Of a stretch of 64,000 nt of DNA, positions 38,985 through 47,502 are shown one piece after another. The translations under genes and the position numbers were made by a program. Under the pieces are notes generated by a model. The model did no database searches. It saw only the letters and a program-made list of their open reading frames with translations, and had not been told where the DNA came from. The stretch's first letter is position 1. Every line of letters starts with the position of its first letter. Source of the stretch: Candidatus Woesearchaeota archaeon (lineage in GTDB: Archaea > Nanobdellota > Nanobdellia > Woesearchaeales > ARS49); NCBI GenBank assembly GCA_016188265.1, contig JACPID010000005.1, positions 38,126 to 102,125 on the forward strand, given 5' to 3'.

Positions 38985-40252
38985 AAAAATCAATAATAAC
39001 AATATGTTGCACAGTATTTTTTTTAGTTATGTTTACTGTATTTGCTCAAGAAGATATTGCTGAAGCTGAGCTGACGCAAAAGTATACTGGAATTAATGAA
39101 ATAGGTGCTGAAGAATATTTAGAAAATTCTGAGAAAATAATTCAAGCCATGGGAAATGCTAATTTAAGTATAGATAAAATGAAGGTTTTGCTTCAGGAAG
39201 TTGATGAAGCGTTTAATCAAAAAAAGTATGCTGAAGTAAAAGCAGGGTATTTTAATATAAAACAGCATTATGAAAGCGCTTTTGCTGCTCGTGAACGTTT
39301 TAAAATAGTGGATGAGTTGATTAAAACTGCTGAACAAAAATGGAGAGATCCGAAACAAGCAAAAAACATGCGGGCATTAGCGCAGGCAGCTTTTGAAAGA
39401 GAAGATTATGTTGAAGCTGTGGATAGGGCTGTACAAGCGCAAACAATTGTTGTATCAGAAGCTAAAGCAGTAAGCTGGAGATATATTTTTTATTATTATT
39501 GGTGGGCTTTTTTACTTGCAACAACAATCTTAATTATTATTTTAATAATTCTTTACTATCGCAAAAAATTAATCTTGCTAAGCCAGAGAATTGAAGACTT
39601 ATCTAAAGAAGAGCTGAATATTATGAATTTGATTCAAGAAAATCAGCAGAGTTATTATGAAAAAAAAGAAATATCCCCTTCACAATATCATAAAGCAATG
39701 TATGAGTACGAAAAAAGGCTTAATCAGATTAGAAGAGAGCTGGCAGGGTTGAGAACAAAACGCATAAAATTAGTTGGAATTAAAAAAGAACTTGAAAATC
39801 TTGAGAGAGAAAAAAAGCATTTGTTAGGATTGATAAATAAAGTTCAAGAACAGTTTTATGTTAAGAAAACATTAAGTTATAACAAGTACAGATTTAAAAT
39901 AGAAGAGTTTTATAATCGTCTGGCAGAAGTTGAGGAGAGTTTTGCTTTATTAAGTGGGAAAAAAGAAAATGAGCTGGATAAAAACTTGCATAATTACTTA
40001 ATAAATAGGAGAAAGCCCGTTAAAAAAAGCAAGTTAGTTGAAATGCTTATTTTACCTGAGAAGGATATGGCAAAGTATAAGAAGTTTAACAAGTTAAGAA
40101 CAGTATACGAAACAGAAGGTAAAAAGCAATTATCAAAAAAAATTACAAAAATACAATCATTAAAAGAATTAAAGCCTTCTGAAAAAGTTAAAAGCGAGGG
40201 ATCTAAAGAAAACAGATTAAAAAAATTAAGCATTATTTACAAAAATGGCTGA
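38981..40252 (+). CDS. paralog of the C-terminal module of the giant protein (signal peptide, short ectodomain, TM, coiled-coil tail)
   Basis: AQAAFEREDYVEA...WWAFLL(TM)...RIEDLSKEELNIMNLI...SQYHKAMYEYEKRLNQI...LRTKRIKL...YVKKTLSY aligns with residues about 1090-1260 of the giant protein. Confidence 0.55.
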   Translation: MKKSIITICCTVFFLVMFTVFAQEDIAEAELTQKYTGINEIGAEEYLENSEKIIQAMGNANLSIDKMKVLLQEVDEAFNQKKYAEVKAGYFNIKQHYESAFAARERFKIVDELIKTAEQKWRDPKQAKNMRALAQAAFEREDYVEAVDRAVQAQTIVVSEAKAVSWRYIFYYYWWAFLLATTILIIILIILYYRKKLILLSQRIEDLSKEELNIMNLIQENQQSYYEKKEISPSQYHKAMYEYEKRLNQIRRELAGLRTKRIKLVGIKKELENLEREKKHLLGLINKVQEQFYVKKTLSYNKYRFKIEEFYNRLAEVEESFALLSGKKENELDKNLHNYLINRRKPVKKSKLVEMLILPEKDMAKYKKFNKLRTVYETEGKKQLSKKITKIQSLKELKPSEKVKSEGSKENRLKKLSIIYKNG

Positions 40253-41003
40253 AACTATTGGTTTTATTGCAATCAAAGGAGGTGTTGGAAAAACTACTTG
40301 CACTGCAAACATAGGAGCGAGTCTGGCGTATAAATTTAATAAAAAGGTTTTATTGGTTGATGCTAATTTTACAGCTCCAAATCTTGGTTTTTATTTTGAT
40401 ATTTTTGATACTAAAAAAACCATTCATGATGTTTTGCAAAATAAAGTAAAAATCGAAGATGCTATAGTTGAGTATAATGAAAAAATTCATATTATTCCAG
40501 GAGCGCTTTGCCAAGGCGCTATCAAAAAACCCCTTGTACTTGATGCTGTGCTGAAAAAAGTAAAAGATGCGTATGATATTATATTGATTGATTCTTCGCC
40601 AAATATAGAAAATGAGATTTTATTCACTATTAATGCCAGTGATGTTGTTTATACTGTAACTACTCCTGATTTTCCAACATTAAGCACAACATTGCGCTTG
40701 CTTAAATTAACTCATCAAAAAAAGAATTATGTTAATGGATTGATATTAAATAAAGTAAAGTACAAAAAATATGAGTTAGAAAAAAGAGAAATTGAAAAAA
40801 CTGCAGAAGCTCCTGTTATTGGGGTTATTCCTAATGATTGGAAAGTTGAAGAATCACTGAGCATTCCAAAACCATTGCCATTGTACGCTCCTAAAAGCAA
40901 TGCTGCTGTTGCTTTTAATTCAATTGCTGCAATGATTATTGATGAAGATTACAAAGATCCAAGATTTTTAGCCAGGTTGAAAAATTTATTTATGAGAAGA
41001 TGA
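40245..41003 (+). CDS. ParA/MinD-family ATPase
   Basis: Deviant Walker A AIKGGVGKTT, LLVDAN (Walker A'), and ILIDSSP (Walker B). Confidence 0.75.
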   Translation: MAETIGFIAIKGGVGKTTCTANIGASLAYKFNKKVLLVDANFTAPNLGFYFDIFDTKKTIHDVLQNKVKIEDAIVEYNEKIHIIPGALCQGAIKKPLVLDAVLKKVKDAYDIILIDSSPNIENEILFTINASDVVYTVTTPDFPTLSTTLRLLKLTHQKKNYVNGLILNKVKYKKYELEKREIEKTAEAPVIGVIPNDWKVEESLSIPKPLPLYAPKSNAAVAFNSIAAMIIDEDYKDPRFLARLKNLFMRR

Positions 41004-42511
41004 ATGGAAAAAATATAGAGCAACAAACAAAAGAAGCATTGTTAAAAAAGAGAAGTAAGTTTAAGTTTATTAGGAAAGTATTTGATAAGAAATTAAAGCT
41101 TGACAAAGCAACAGCAAAAACTAAAATAGTGCCTAAAGAAAATACCTCTAAAATAATTATTCAAAAAAGTTCTACACAAAAAACAGAACAACAAACAAAA
41201 GAAGCATTGTTAAAAAAACGTAGTCAAAATAAATTACGTCTTATACTAAAAAATGCGTACTTAACAAGCAAAAGCATATTCAACACTTTTAAAAAAACCA
41301 TCCAACAACACTTAAGAAACAGAGCATTAAAAAATAAGGAAGCAAAGCTAAATCAACTAAAAAAATGGACAGAAAAATATTATGAAGAAGAAATTCCAAT
41401 AAAAAAAGAACATCATACTTATATTGCAATAACATTAATAGTTATTCTTGCAGCATTAAGCTTTGTTGCAATTCAATCAAATTCTGCATTAATAGGCGAG
41501 TATATCTCTTCTATAACTGCGGCAGTTATTAATGTTCAACCAGCGCAAATTGCAAAAACAACCAGAGATCCTTTATTATTGGGAATGGTTGAAAATGAAA
41601 CATCAGAAATCATAATTACAGAAGCAATGGCTGAAGAAGCTCTGCTGAAAGCTAATAAAACAATTCTTGAACTGAAGGTGTTGAATTTTAGCACGCAGTA
41701 CATGCTGGATGCTTATTTAGAAGCTAAAAAAGCCTTTGATGGAAAAAATGTAGCTGAACTTTCTGAAAAAATCAAGTCAATAAAAAATGAGACTGAAAAG
41801 CAAGCATTTCTTAATGCATTAAACACAACTTTCACTAGTGAAGAAATTAAAAGGCTTGCTGCTGGCGATGAAAAAATTAGAGAAAACTATACAAGAACAT
41901 TGATTTATACTTCTTTAATAGAACAAAGAAAAGAATTAACTTTTGAAATAAATGATGAAATAACCTTGTTAGAAGAAGTTCTTTCAGGGCTTAATAGAAC
42001 AGAATATAATTTTACAGAAGTGGATTTAATGCACGCTGAAATAAAAGAAAAATTTGAAAAAGAACAGCTGGACGAGATTAAGCCTATAATTGAAGAAGCT
42101 TACAGAAAAATTGAAGAAGTACAATTAGAATCTGCACGTTTAAGGGCTTTTTTTAAAGCTGCAAGGCAAAATATTGGAAGCTTTATCAAAAGACACTGGC
42201 TTGCAATTATAATAACTTCAGTTATTCTAAGTTTTATTGCATGGATAACTTATAATGAAGTAATGATAACTATTTTAAGAAAAAGAATTAGTGATATGAG
42301 AATAGAGCAAAATGTTTTGAAAGATTTAACAAAAAAAATTCAAAAAAATTATTTTGGTGAAGGCAGTATTCCTAAAAGTGTTTATGAAATTAGAAAGCTT
42401 AAGTATGAAGAAAGAAATTTGCAAATAAAAGAACAGCTTCCTGTTGTTGAAGCTAATTTAGAAAAAAAAGAAAATAAAAGATTTTATCTTTTGCATTTTT
42501 GGAGGAAATAA
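41000..42511 (+). CDS. coiled-coil membrane protein sharing the TM + tail module
   Basis: An internal TM and a C-terminal WLAIIITSVIL(TM)...RISDMRIEQNVLKDL...YFGEGSIPKSVYEIRKLKYEERNLQI homologous to the tails of 35028 and 38981. Confidence 0.5.
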   Translation: MNGKNIEQQTKEALLKKRSKFKFIRKVFDKKLKLDKATAKTKIVPKENTSKIIIQKSSTQKTEQQTKEALLKKRSQNKLRLILKNAYLTSKSIFNTFKKTIQQHLRNRALKNKEAKLNQLKKWTEKYYEEEIPIKKEHHTYIAITLIVILAALSFVAIQSNSALIGEYISSITAAVINVQPAQIAKTTRDPLLLGMVENETSEIIITEAMAEEALLKANKTILELKVLNFSTQYMLDAYLEAKKAFDGKNVAELSEKIKSIKNETEKQAFLNALNTTFTSEEIKRLAAGDEKIRENYTRTLIYTSLIEQRKELTFEINDEITLLEEVLSGLNRTEYNFTEVDLMHAEIKEKFEKEQLDEIKPIIEEAYRKIEEVQLESARLRAFFKAARQNIGSFIKRHWLAIIITSVILSFIAWITYNEVMITILRKRISDMRIEQNVLKDLTKKIQKNYFGEGSIPKSVYEIRKLKYEERNLQIKEQLPVVEANLEKKENKRFYLLHFWRK

Positions 42512-43075
42512 ATGATTGCAATAGAAACTGTTCAGGCTTTTAGAATAAAAGATATTATAGCTCTTTTCTCATTAGCTTTGCTTTTAACTTTTATTACACT
42601 AATTTTACAGTATTTTGAGATTTATTTTTTGTTTTATTTTATAATGTTTTTATTATCTTTTTTCTTAACAATTACAGTATTTCTAGTTAGAAAAGCTGGA
42701 AGCGCAACATTATTTTTTATTATTACTTCTTTAATCTCATATTATTTTCCACTGTTAGGTATTCTATCAGAACTGAATAAGTTTCTTGTTCTTACAAGCA
42801 TAGGTATAATATTTGAATTGTTTTTTTTGGTATTAAAACTTGAAATTAAAAACATACCTATTGATGTTGTTTTTGGAGCTGGTTTTTCTATTGCAAGTTT
42901 TCCCTGGCTTATTTTGTTTTTAACAAAAATAGAATACACTTACCAACTTTTAATAAAAACTTTAAATGTTAGTTTAAGCGCATTTTTTATAGCATTAATT
43001 GCCAGTTGTTTAGCATTTCTTTTATGGTATGAAATTAAGAAAACAAAGATTATTTTAAGATATGAATTTTTATAA
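42512..43075 (+). CDS. polytopic membrane protein (about 5-6 TM)
   Basis: Hydrophobic throughout. Confidence 0.45.
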   Translation: MIAIETVQAFRIKDIIALFSLALLLTFITLILQYFEIYFLFYFIMFLLSFFLTITVFLVRKAGSATLFFIITSLISYYFPLLGILSELNKFLVLTSIGIIFELFFLVLKLEIKNIPIDVVFGAGFSIASFPWLILFLTKIEYTYQLLIKTLNVSLSAFFIALIASCLAFLLWYEIKKTKIILRYEFL

Positions 43076-44164
43076 CTAACCGCCTCCGACTTGGCCAAAT
43101 ACTTCTTGTTCTGGATATACAACAATTCCTTGATCTGTAATTTTCATCGCTACAACCTTTTTCTCAAACTTAGCTCCTCTGATTTTTAATATTTCAATTG
43201 CACTTTCCCTTACTGTTCCTCTTTGAACATTATATAAAATAATAACTCCGTCTGCTAAGAATTCCTCAACACCAGCAGTTGTTAATCTATTTAATCCATA
43301 AGTTCTTTCAGATACTAAAAAACTTGTGACATTGCTTTCTTCCAATAAATTAAATAATTGCTCAATATAAATCCTATAATTTTCTTCTTTGCCATAAAAT
43401 GCACTTGAAATAGCTGTCAAAGAATCAATAATTACTCTATCAGGAGTAAATCCTTTTGGAAATATTAAAGGCTTGATATCAATTAATAGCTCGCCTTTGG
43501 CTCTTTCAAGCATTGCAGTTACTTGCCTTGTTATGTCAAAAGGATTAACTTTCTGAAGAACCAGCAATCCTTTTTTTTCAAGTTCTTCAACATTAAACCC
43601 AAAATCTTTCATATGTTTTTTTAATCGTTCAGGGCTTTCTTCAAAAGTCATGTATAAGCATTTTTCACCTTTGTTTGCTGCATAATTACAAATTTGCAAT
43701 CCCATTATTGTTTTTCCAGTTCCAGGCCCTCCGCATAAAAGTGATGATGTCCCTCTAGGAAATCCTTTATCTAGAAGATCATCAAAACCAGTTACACCTG
43801 TTAATGCCCATTCTTTTGTATCACTTTTTTTTTCTTTTATTGCTTCAGCAACAGTAAACTCAATTCTTTTAGCTGGCGCTTCTAAAAATGGCGCTGGTTT
43901 TATTTTTCTAGCATGATAAAAACTTCTTAAATCTTTAAAAAGCTCATTTTCAGAGTTGGCTTTATAAAAGTCATGGCGCCTTTCTTTTCTACTAGTTAAT
44001 ATGCCTAAATTTGCAAATTTTTTAAGTTCTTTGCTTGCTGTAGCAGGGGCTATTTTAATTAATCTAGCAACTTCCCTAACATTAAACTCTCTGCTAGCTT
44101 CTTCTATAAAAACCCGAAGAATGTTTAATTCTTTAAACACATGTTTGTTTATAGTTTCAAACAT
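43076..44164 (-). CDS. wHTH-fused KaiC/RecA-superfamily ATPase (intact P-loop)
   Basis: N-terminal HTH region (REVARLIKIAPATASKELKKF), then GFDDLLDKGFPRGTSSLLCGGPGTGKT Walker A, and VIIDSLT Walker B-like. Confidence 0.7.
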   Translation of the reverse strand: MFETINKHVFKELNILRVFIEEASREFNVREVARLIKIAPATASKELKKFANLGILTSRKERRHDFYKANSENELFKDLRSFYHARKIKPAPFLEAPAKRIEFTVAEAIKEKKSDTKEWALTGVTGFDDLLDKGFPRGTSSLLCGGPGTGKTIMGLQICNYAANKGEKCLYMTFEESPERLKKHMKDFGFNVEELEKKGLLVLQKVNPFDITRQVTAMLERAKGELLIDIKPLIFPKGFTPDRVIIDSLTAISSAFYGKEENYRIYIEQLFNLLEESNVTSFLVSERTYGLNRLTTAGVEEFLADGVIILYNVQRGTVRESAIEILKIRGAKFEKKVVAMKITDQGIVVYPEQEVFGQVGGG

Positions 44165-44223
44165 ATGTTTAATAATATGAACATAAGTTTAAAAAGATTT
44201 CTATAGCGTAGAATTGAATAATA

Positions 44224-44784
44224 TCACACTGTAATTAATTTGTCACAAAATTGAGAAATAGTTGCTATTAATAATTTAGAAGCATCATCTTCAACAAATA
44301 TAAATAATCCAGCAACACTGCTTGTTCTAATTTGGTTGTTTATTATATAATGTAAGAATTTTGCAGTTAATTCAAGATCATTATAAATAAACAAAGTAGA
44401 TACAGAATCAAAAAGCAAAAAACTAAAATCACCACAATTTAAAGCAGAGGATATTGCAAGAGATAGTTCAGTTAATGACTGAGGCCCTTTTACAAAAGAG
44501 CAATTAACATGTGACAAATCTGTTAAACCAGAATGTTTGCTTATACAATCAATAAAAAACAATTTAGAAATATCTATTTTATTTTGTTTCAAAATGTTTT
44601 TTAAAAAAAAACAAGGAGTATTTAGAGTTACATAAATGCCTTTTAATTTAAGTTTTTCAACTAAAAACTTGATTATTGAAATAGTTGTTTGTTTGTAATT
44701 TTCAGCAGAGGTTGCAATACCATAAACTTTGTTTTTAGAAAATTCATTTAATTCTTTAGTTAAATTCTTGCTATTGTTGTTCAT
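44224..44784 (-). CDS. KaiC-like RecA-fold protein lacking the Walker A P-loop (paralog 1)
   Basis: Retains the KaiC-like blocks FIDCISK, LLFDSVSTLFIYND, FLHYIIN and LFIFVED but has no GxxxxGK[ST]. Confidence 0.5.
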   Translation of the reverse strand: MNNNSKNLTKELNEFSKNKVYGIATSAENYKQTTISIIKFLVEKLKLKGIYVTLNTPCFFLKNILKQNKIDISKLFFIDCISKHSGLTDLSHVNCSFVKGPQSLTELSLAISSALNCGDFSFLLFDSVSTLFIYNDLELTAKFLHYIINNQIRTSSVAGLFIFVEDDASKLLIATISQFCDKLITV

Positions 44785-45345
44785 TTATAATTTGATGCAT
44801 TTATCAGAAAACTGTGAAGTTACTGACATTAGCGCTTCTGAATTTTTTTCATCAACATATAAAAAAAAACCAGCAATATTTAAAGTTCTGATTTGGCTGT
44901 TAATCAAGTAATGTAAGAATTTACCGGTTGTATTTACATCATTATATATTAAAAATGTTGATACAGAATCAAAAAGCAAAAAATCAAATTTTTTTGTATT
45001 AAGCGCAGAAGATATTGCAAGAGATAAATCTGTCAAGCTCTGCGGATTTGAAAAAGAAACTGAAAGATTTGAATTAGGGTTTTCAAATTGCTTGCTAACA
45101 CAATCAATAAAATGCAGATTAGATAGATTAATTTTTCTTTCTTTAAGCTGTTCATGTAATGTTGAACAGGGGGTATTAAGTGAAACATACACTCCTTTAA
45201 AGCCTAAATTATTTATAAAATGTTCAAGTAAAACAAAGATTACCGTATGATAATAATTAGCATCTGTAAGTATCTCATATACTTTTTTTGAATCAATGTC
45301 TTTTAACTCTTTTAATATTTGTTTTTTAATCATTGATACTTCCAT
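44785..45345 (-). CDS. KaiC-like RecA-fold protein lacking the P-loop (paralog 2; probable ATG at 45345, the track start is GTG at 45396)
   Basis: FIDCVSK, LLFDSVSTFLIYND, FLHYLIN; in tandem with paralog 1 and directly abutting it. Confidence 0.5.
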   Translation of the reverse strand: MEVSMIKKQILKELKDIDSKKVYEILTDANYYHTVIFVLLEHFINNLGFKGVYVSLNTPCSTLHEQLKERKINLSNLHFIDCVSKQFENPNSNLSVSFSNPQSLTDLSLAISSALNTKKFDFLLFDSVSTFLIYNDVNTTGKFLHYLINSQIRTLNIAGFFLYVDEKNSEALMSVTSQFSDKCIKL

Positions 45346-45370
45346 AAAAACCCCCCTTGCTTGTTGTTTT

Positions 45371-45423
45371 AGTACGCGCCATAATTTGTAGTACACTCTT
45401 AATGGCGCGTACTATTTAGAAAA
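45371..45423. promoter_or_regulatory. perfect 12-bp inverted repeat (agtacgcgccat ... atggcgcgtact, 29-nt spacer) upstream of the KaiC-like operon, in the divergent region
   Basis: Read directly; the GC-rich palindrome is conspicuous in AT-rich DNA. It sits between the minus-strand KaiC-like operon and the plus-strand RHH genes. Confidence 0.45.
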
Positions 45424-45691
45424 CGAAACTATTGTCTCATTATTTATTTCGTTTTCTATTTGTTCAAAAAAAAATAATTATTTTCAACAATTACGAAAAA
45501 AACAGGTAAATTAATAAACTTTTCTCATTTCAAATAACATGTTATTTTAAAAATCTCTTAAATATGTCTTAGAAATATCTTATATAAATCATAAAAGAAT
45601 CATATACGTTATAAGTATATCGCTTATTGAACATGAATGCAATACTCAGATATCACAAAGTTTATATATTAGATAAAAAAATATAAAGTCA

Positions 45692-45865
45692 ATGAAAAGA
45701 ATTTTAGTAAGCATTCCCGAAGGAACTTGGGGGTTAATAGAAAAATATTTTAAAGGCAAAATTGGTGAAAAAGAATCAGAAATAATAAGAAACATAGTTA
45801 TCGCATATTTAAGTGAAAAAGGCTATCTTAAAAACAATGTCAAAAACAAACTCCATCAAAATTAA
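45692..45865 (+). CDS. small RHH/CopG-like protein (57 aa), tandem copy 1
   Basis: MKRILVSIPEGTWGLIEKYFKGKIGEKESEIIRNIVIAYLSEKGYL; not in the ORF track because it is under 60 aa. Confidence 0.45.
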   Translation: MKRILVSIPEGTWGLIEKYFKGKIGEKESEIIRNIVIAYLSEKGYLKNNVKNKLHQN

Positions 45866-45965
45866 TAAATGATCAATTCTTTTTCTGAAGATATCTCATA
45901 ATATGTATTTAAGTCATATAAAAGTATCATAAGATTTATATATAAGCAATACTGTAAAATAAGTG

Positions 45966-46133
45966 ATGAAGCGAATATTAGTGAGCATTCCTGACGGTAC
46001 TTGGAGAATTATCAAAAAGCATCTGATGGGTAAAATTGGTGAAAAAGAATCAGAAATAATAAGAAACATAGTGCTAGCATACTTAAGTGAAAAAGATTTC
46101 CTTAAAAAAAATAATAATAATAACAATCATTAA
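45966..46133 (+). CDS. small RHH/CopG-like protein (55 aa), tandem copy 2
   Basis: MKRILVSIPDGTWRIIKKHLMGKIGEKESEIIRNIVLAYLSEKDFL; about 80% identical to copy 1, with a similar upstream region. Confidence 0.45.
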   Translation: MKRILVSIPDGTWRIIKKHLMGKIGEKESEIIRNIVLAYLSEKDFLKKNNNNNNH

Positions 46134-46141
46134 AAGATAAC

Positions 46142-46540
46142 ATGCACACTGCACAACTTATTCAGTACTTGTTTGAAATAAGCACAATTATATTACTTTT
46201 ACTTCCAATTGCTATATTGCTAAATCTTTTAAAAAAATCAAAAGGTGATATTCCAAGATCTTTCACATGGTTGACTCTTGGTTTTACTCCATTTTTAGCT
46301 TTTAATTTAATAGACAGCTTAGCGGTGTTTGGCATAGAATTATTGCCTGATGAAGGAACATTAAGCAATGTTTTACTATATCACAGTGTAATACTAATAA
46401 CTATTATAACTGTAGCAGCTTTCTTTTTATGGTTCGACAGAAAATATGTTCAGCCAATTTATTCATTCACAAAAACACAGGATAAAAAAGTAAAAAAAAA
46501 AATTTTCTCCCCCCCCCCAAAAAAAAAACTTTTTTTTTGA
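46142..46540 (+). CDS. small membrane protein (3 TM) whose 3' end runs through homopolymer tracts
   Basis: Three hydrophobic helices; the C-terminus KKVKKKIFSPPPKKKLFF is encoded by A11-C10-A10-T9. Confidence 0.4.
   Translation: MHTAQLIQYLFEISTIILLLLPIAILLNLLKKSKGDIPRSFTWLTLGFTPFLAFNLIDSLAVFGIELLPDEGTLSNVLLYHSVILITIITVAAFFLWFDRKYVQPIYSFTKTQDKKVKKKIFSPPPKKKLFF
46492..46538 (+). repeat. consecutive homopolymer tracts A(11) ttttct C(10) A(10) c T(9)
   Basis: Read directly from 46491-46540. Confidence 0.9.
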
Positions 46541-46679
46541 ATTTTCTGAACAAACAAAGTAAAATGCTAAAGTTATCCGGTTGCGTAGATGCTGAAATAG
46601 CCAACTCTGATGCAATCCTTTCTTATAAGCTAAATTGAAAAAAATTTATAAACTTCATTATATATTAAGGAGTGTATAA

Positions 46680-47237
46680 ATGAAAGAAGTTCAAAAAATA
46701 AAAAAAGAGTTGAGCAATCTGCCTGTTGGAAGTATTGTTCTTTTGGAAACAAGCGCAGAAAATATTTTAACAGTAAGCATTCACTCAATTAAATCATTAA
46801 TAGAACAAGGTTACAATGTTATTATTTTGTCTGTAAGCAGGCCTTGTTTTAATCTTATGAATATCTACGAGAAAAGCAGGATAAACACAGAAAATGTTTT
46901 TATTCTAGACTGTATTTGTAAAAGTCAAGGAATTAAAAGTGAAGAAAAGAAAAATGTAATTCATTTGAAAAGTGTTTCTGCACTAACTGAAATATCTCTT
47001 GCAATTAATGAATGCATTACTAGAATTCCTGGCAAAAAACTAGTTTTTATTGATTCTATAACAACAATGCTGATTTATAATGACCAAAATATATTTTCAA
47101 GATTCTTGCATTACTTATTGACAAAGTTAAGAATTCAAAAAATAAGCGGTTTAATGCTTTCCTTAGAAACAGAAGCTGATAAAGAAGTAATGGCTCAAAT
47201 TGCGCAGCTTTGTGATAGAATAATAAAAATAAAATAA
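46680..47237 (+). CDS. KaiC-like RecA-fold protein lacking the P-loop (paralog 3)
   Basis: FILDCICK, LVFIDSITTMLIYND, FLHYLLT, LMLSLETE; the same architecture as paralogs 1 and 2. Confidence 0.5.
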   Translation: MKEVQKIKKELSNLPVGSIVLLETSAENILTVSIHSIKSLIEQGYNVIILSVSRPCFNLMNIYEKSRINTENVFILDCICKSQGIKSEEKKNVIHLKSVSALTEISLAINECITRIPGKKLVFIDSITTMLIYNDQNIFSRFLHYLLTKLRIQKISGLMLSLETEADKEVMAQIAQLCDRIIKIK

Positions 47238-47248
47238 AATTTTTTAAA

Positions 47249-47352
47249 AGATCTCCTGCATGTCAAAAACTGCTAATCCTATCTACAGACTGAAGTTTAT
47301 AGCGTACATCATAGCAGTTTTTGACATGTAAACTTAACTATTTCTGGAGATA
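47249..47352 (+). other. large structured element: 17-bp perfect stem (catgtcaaaaactgcta / tagcagtttttgacatg) with a 36-nt loop, flanked by an imperfect outer stem; a terminator or small RNA
   Basis: Inverted repeats read directly; located between the paralog 3 stop and the tRNA promoter. Confidence 0.4.
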
Positions 47353-47502
47353 TTCTAAAAACCAGTGAATTGCCAGATTTTGCAATACTAATCTGTTTTT
47401 CCAGACCAAAAACCTTTCTTGAACAACCGAGAATGAACCTCCCTTACTTGAACTGTACGTTGCAAAAGTTTTTAAAACGAAAACAACCACTTCTAAAAAA
47501 GC

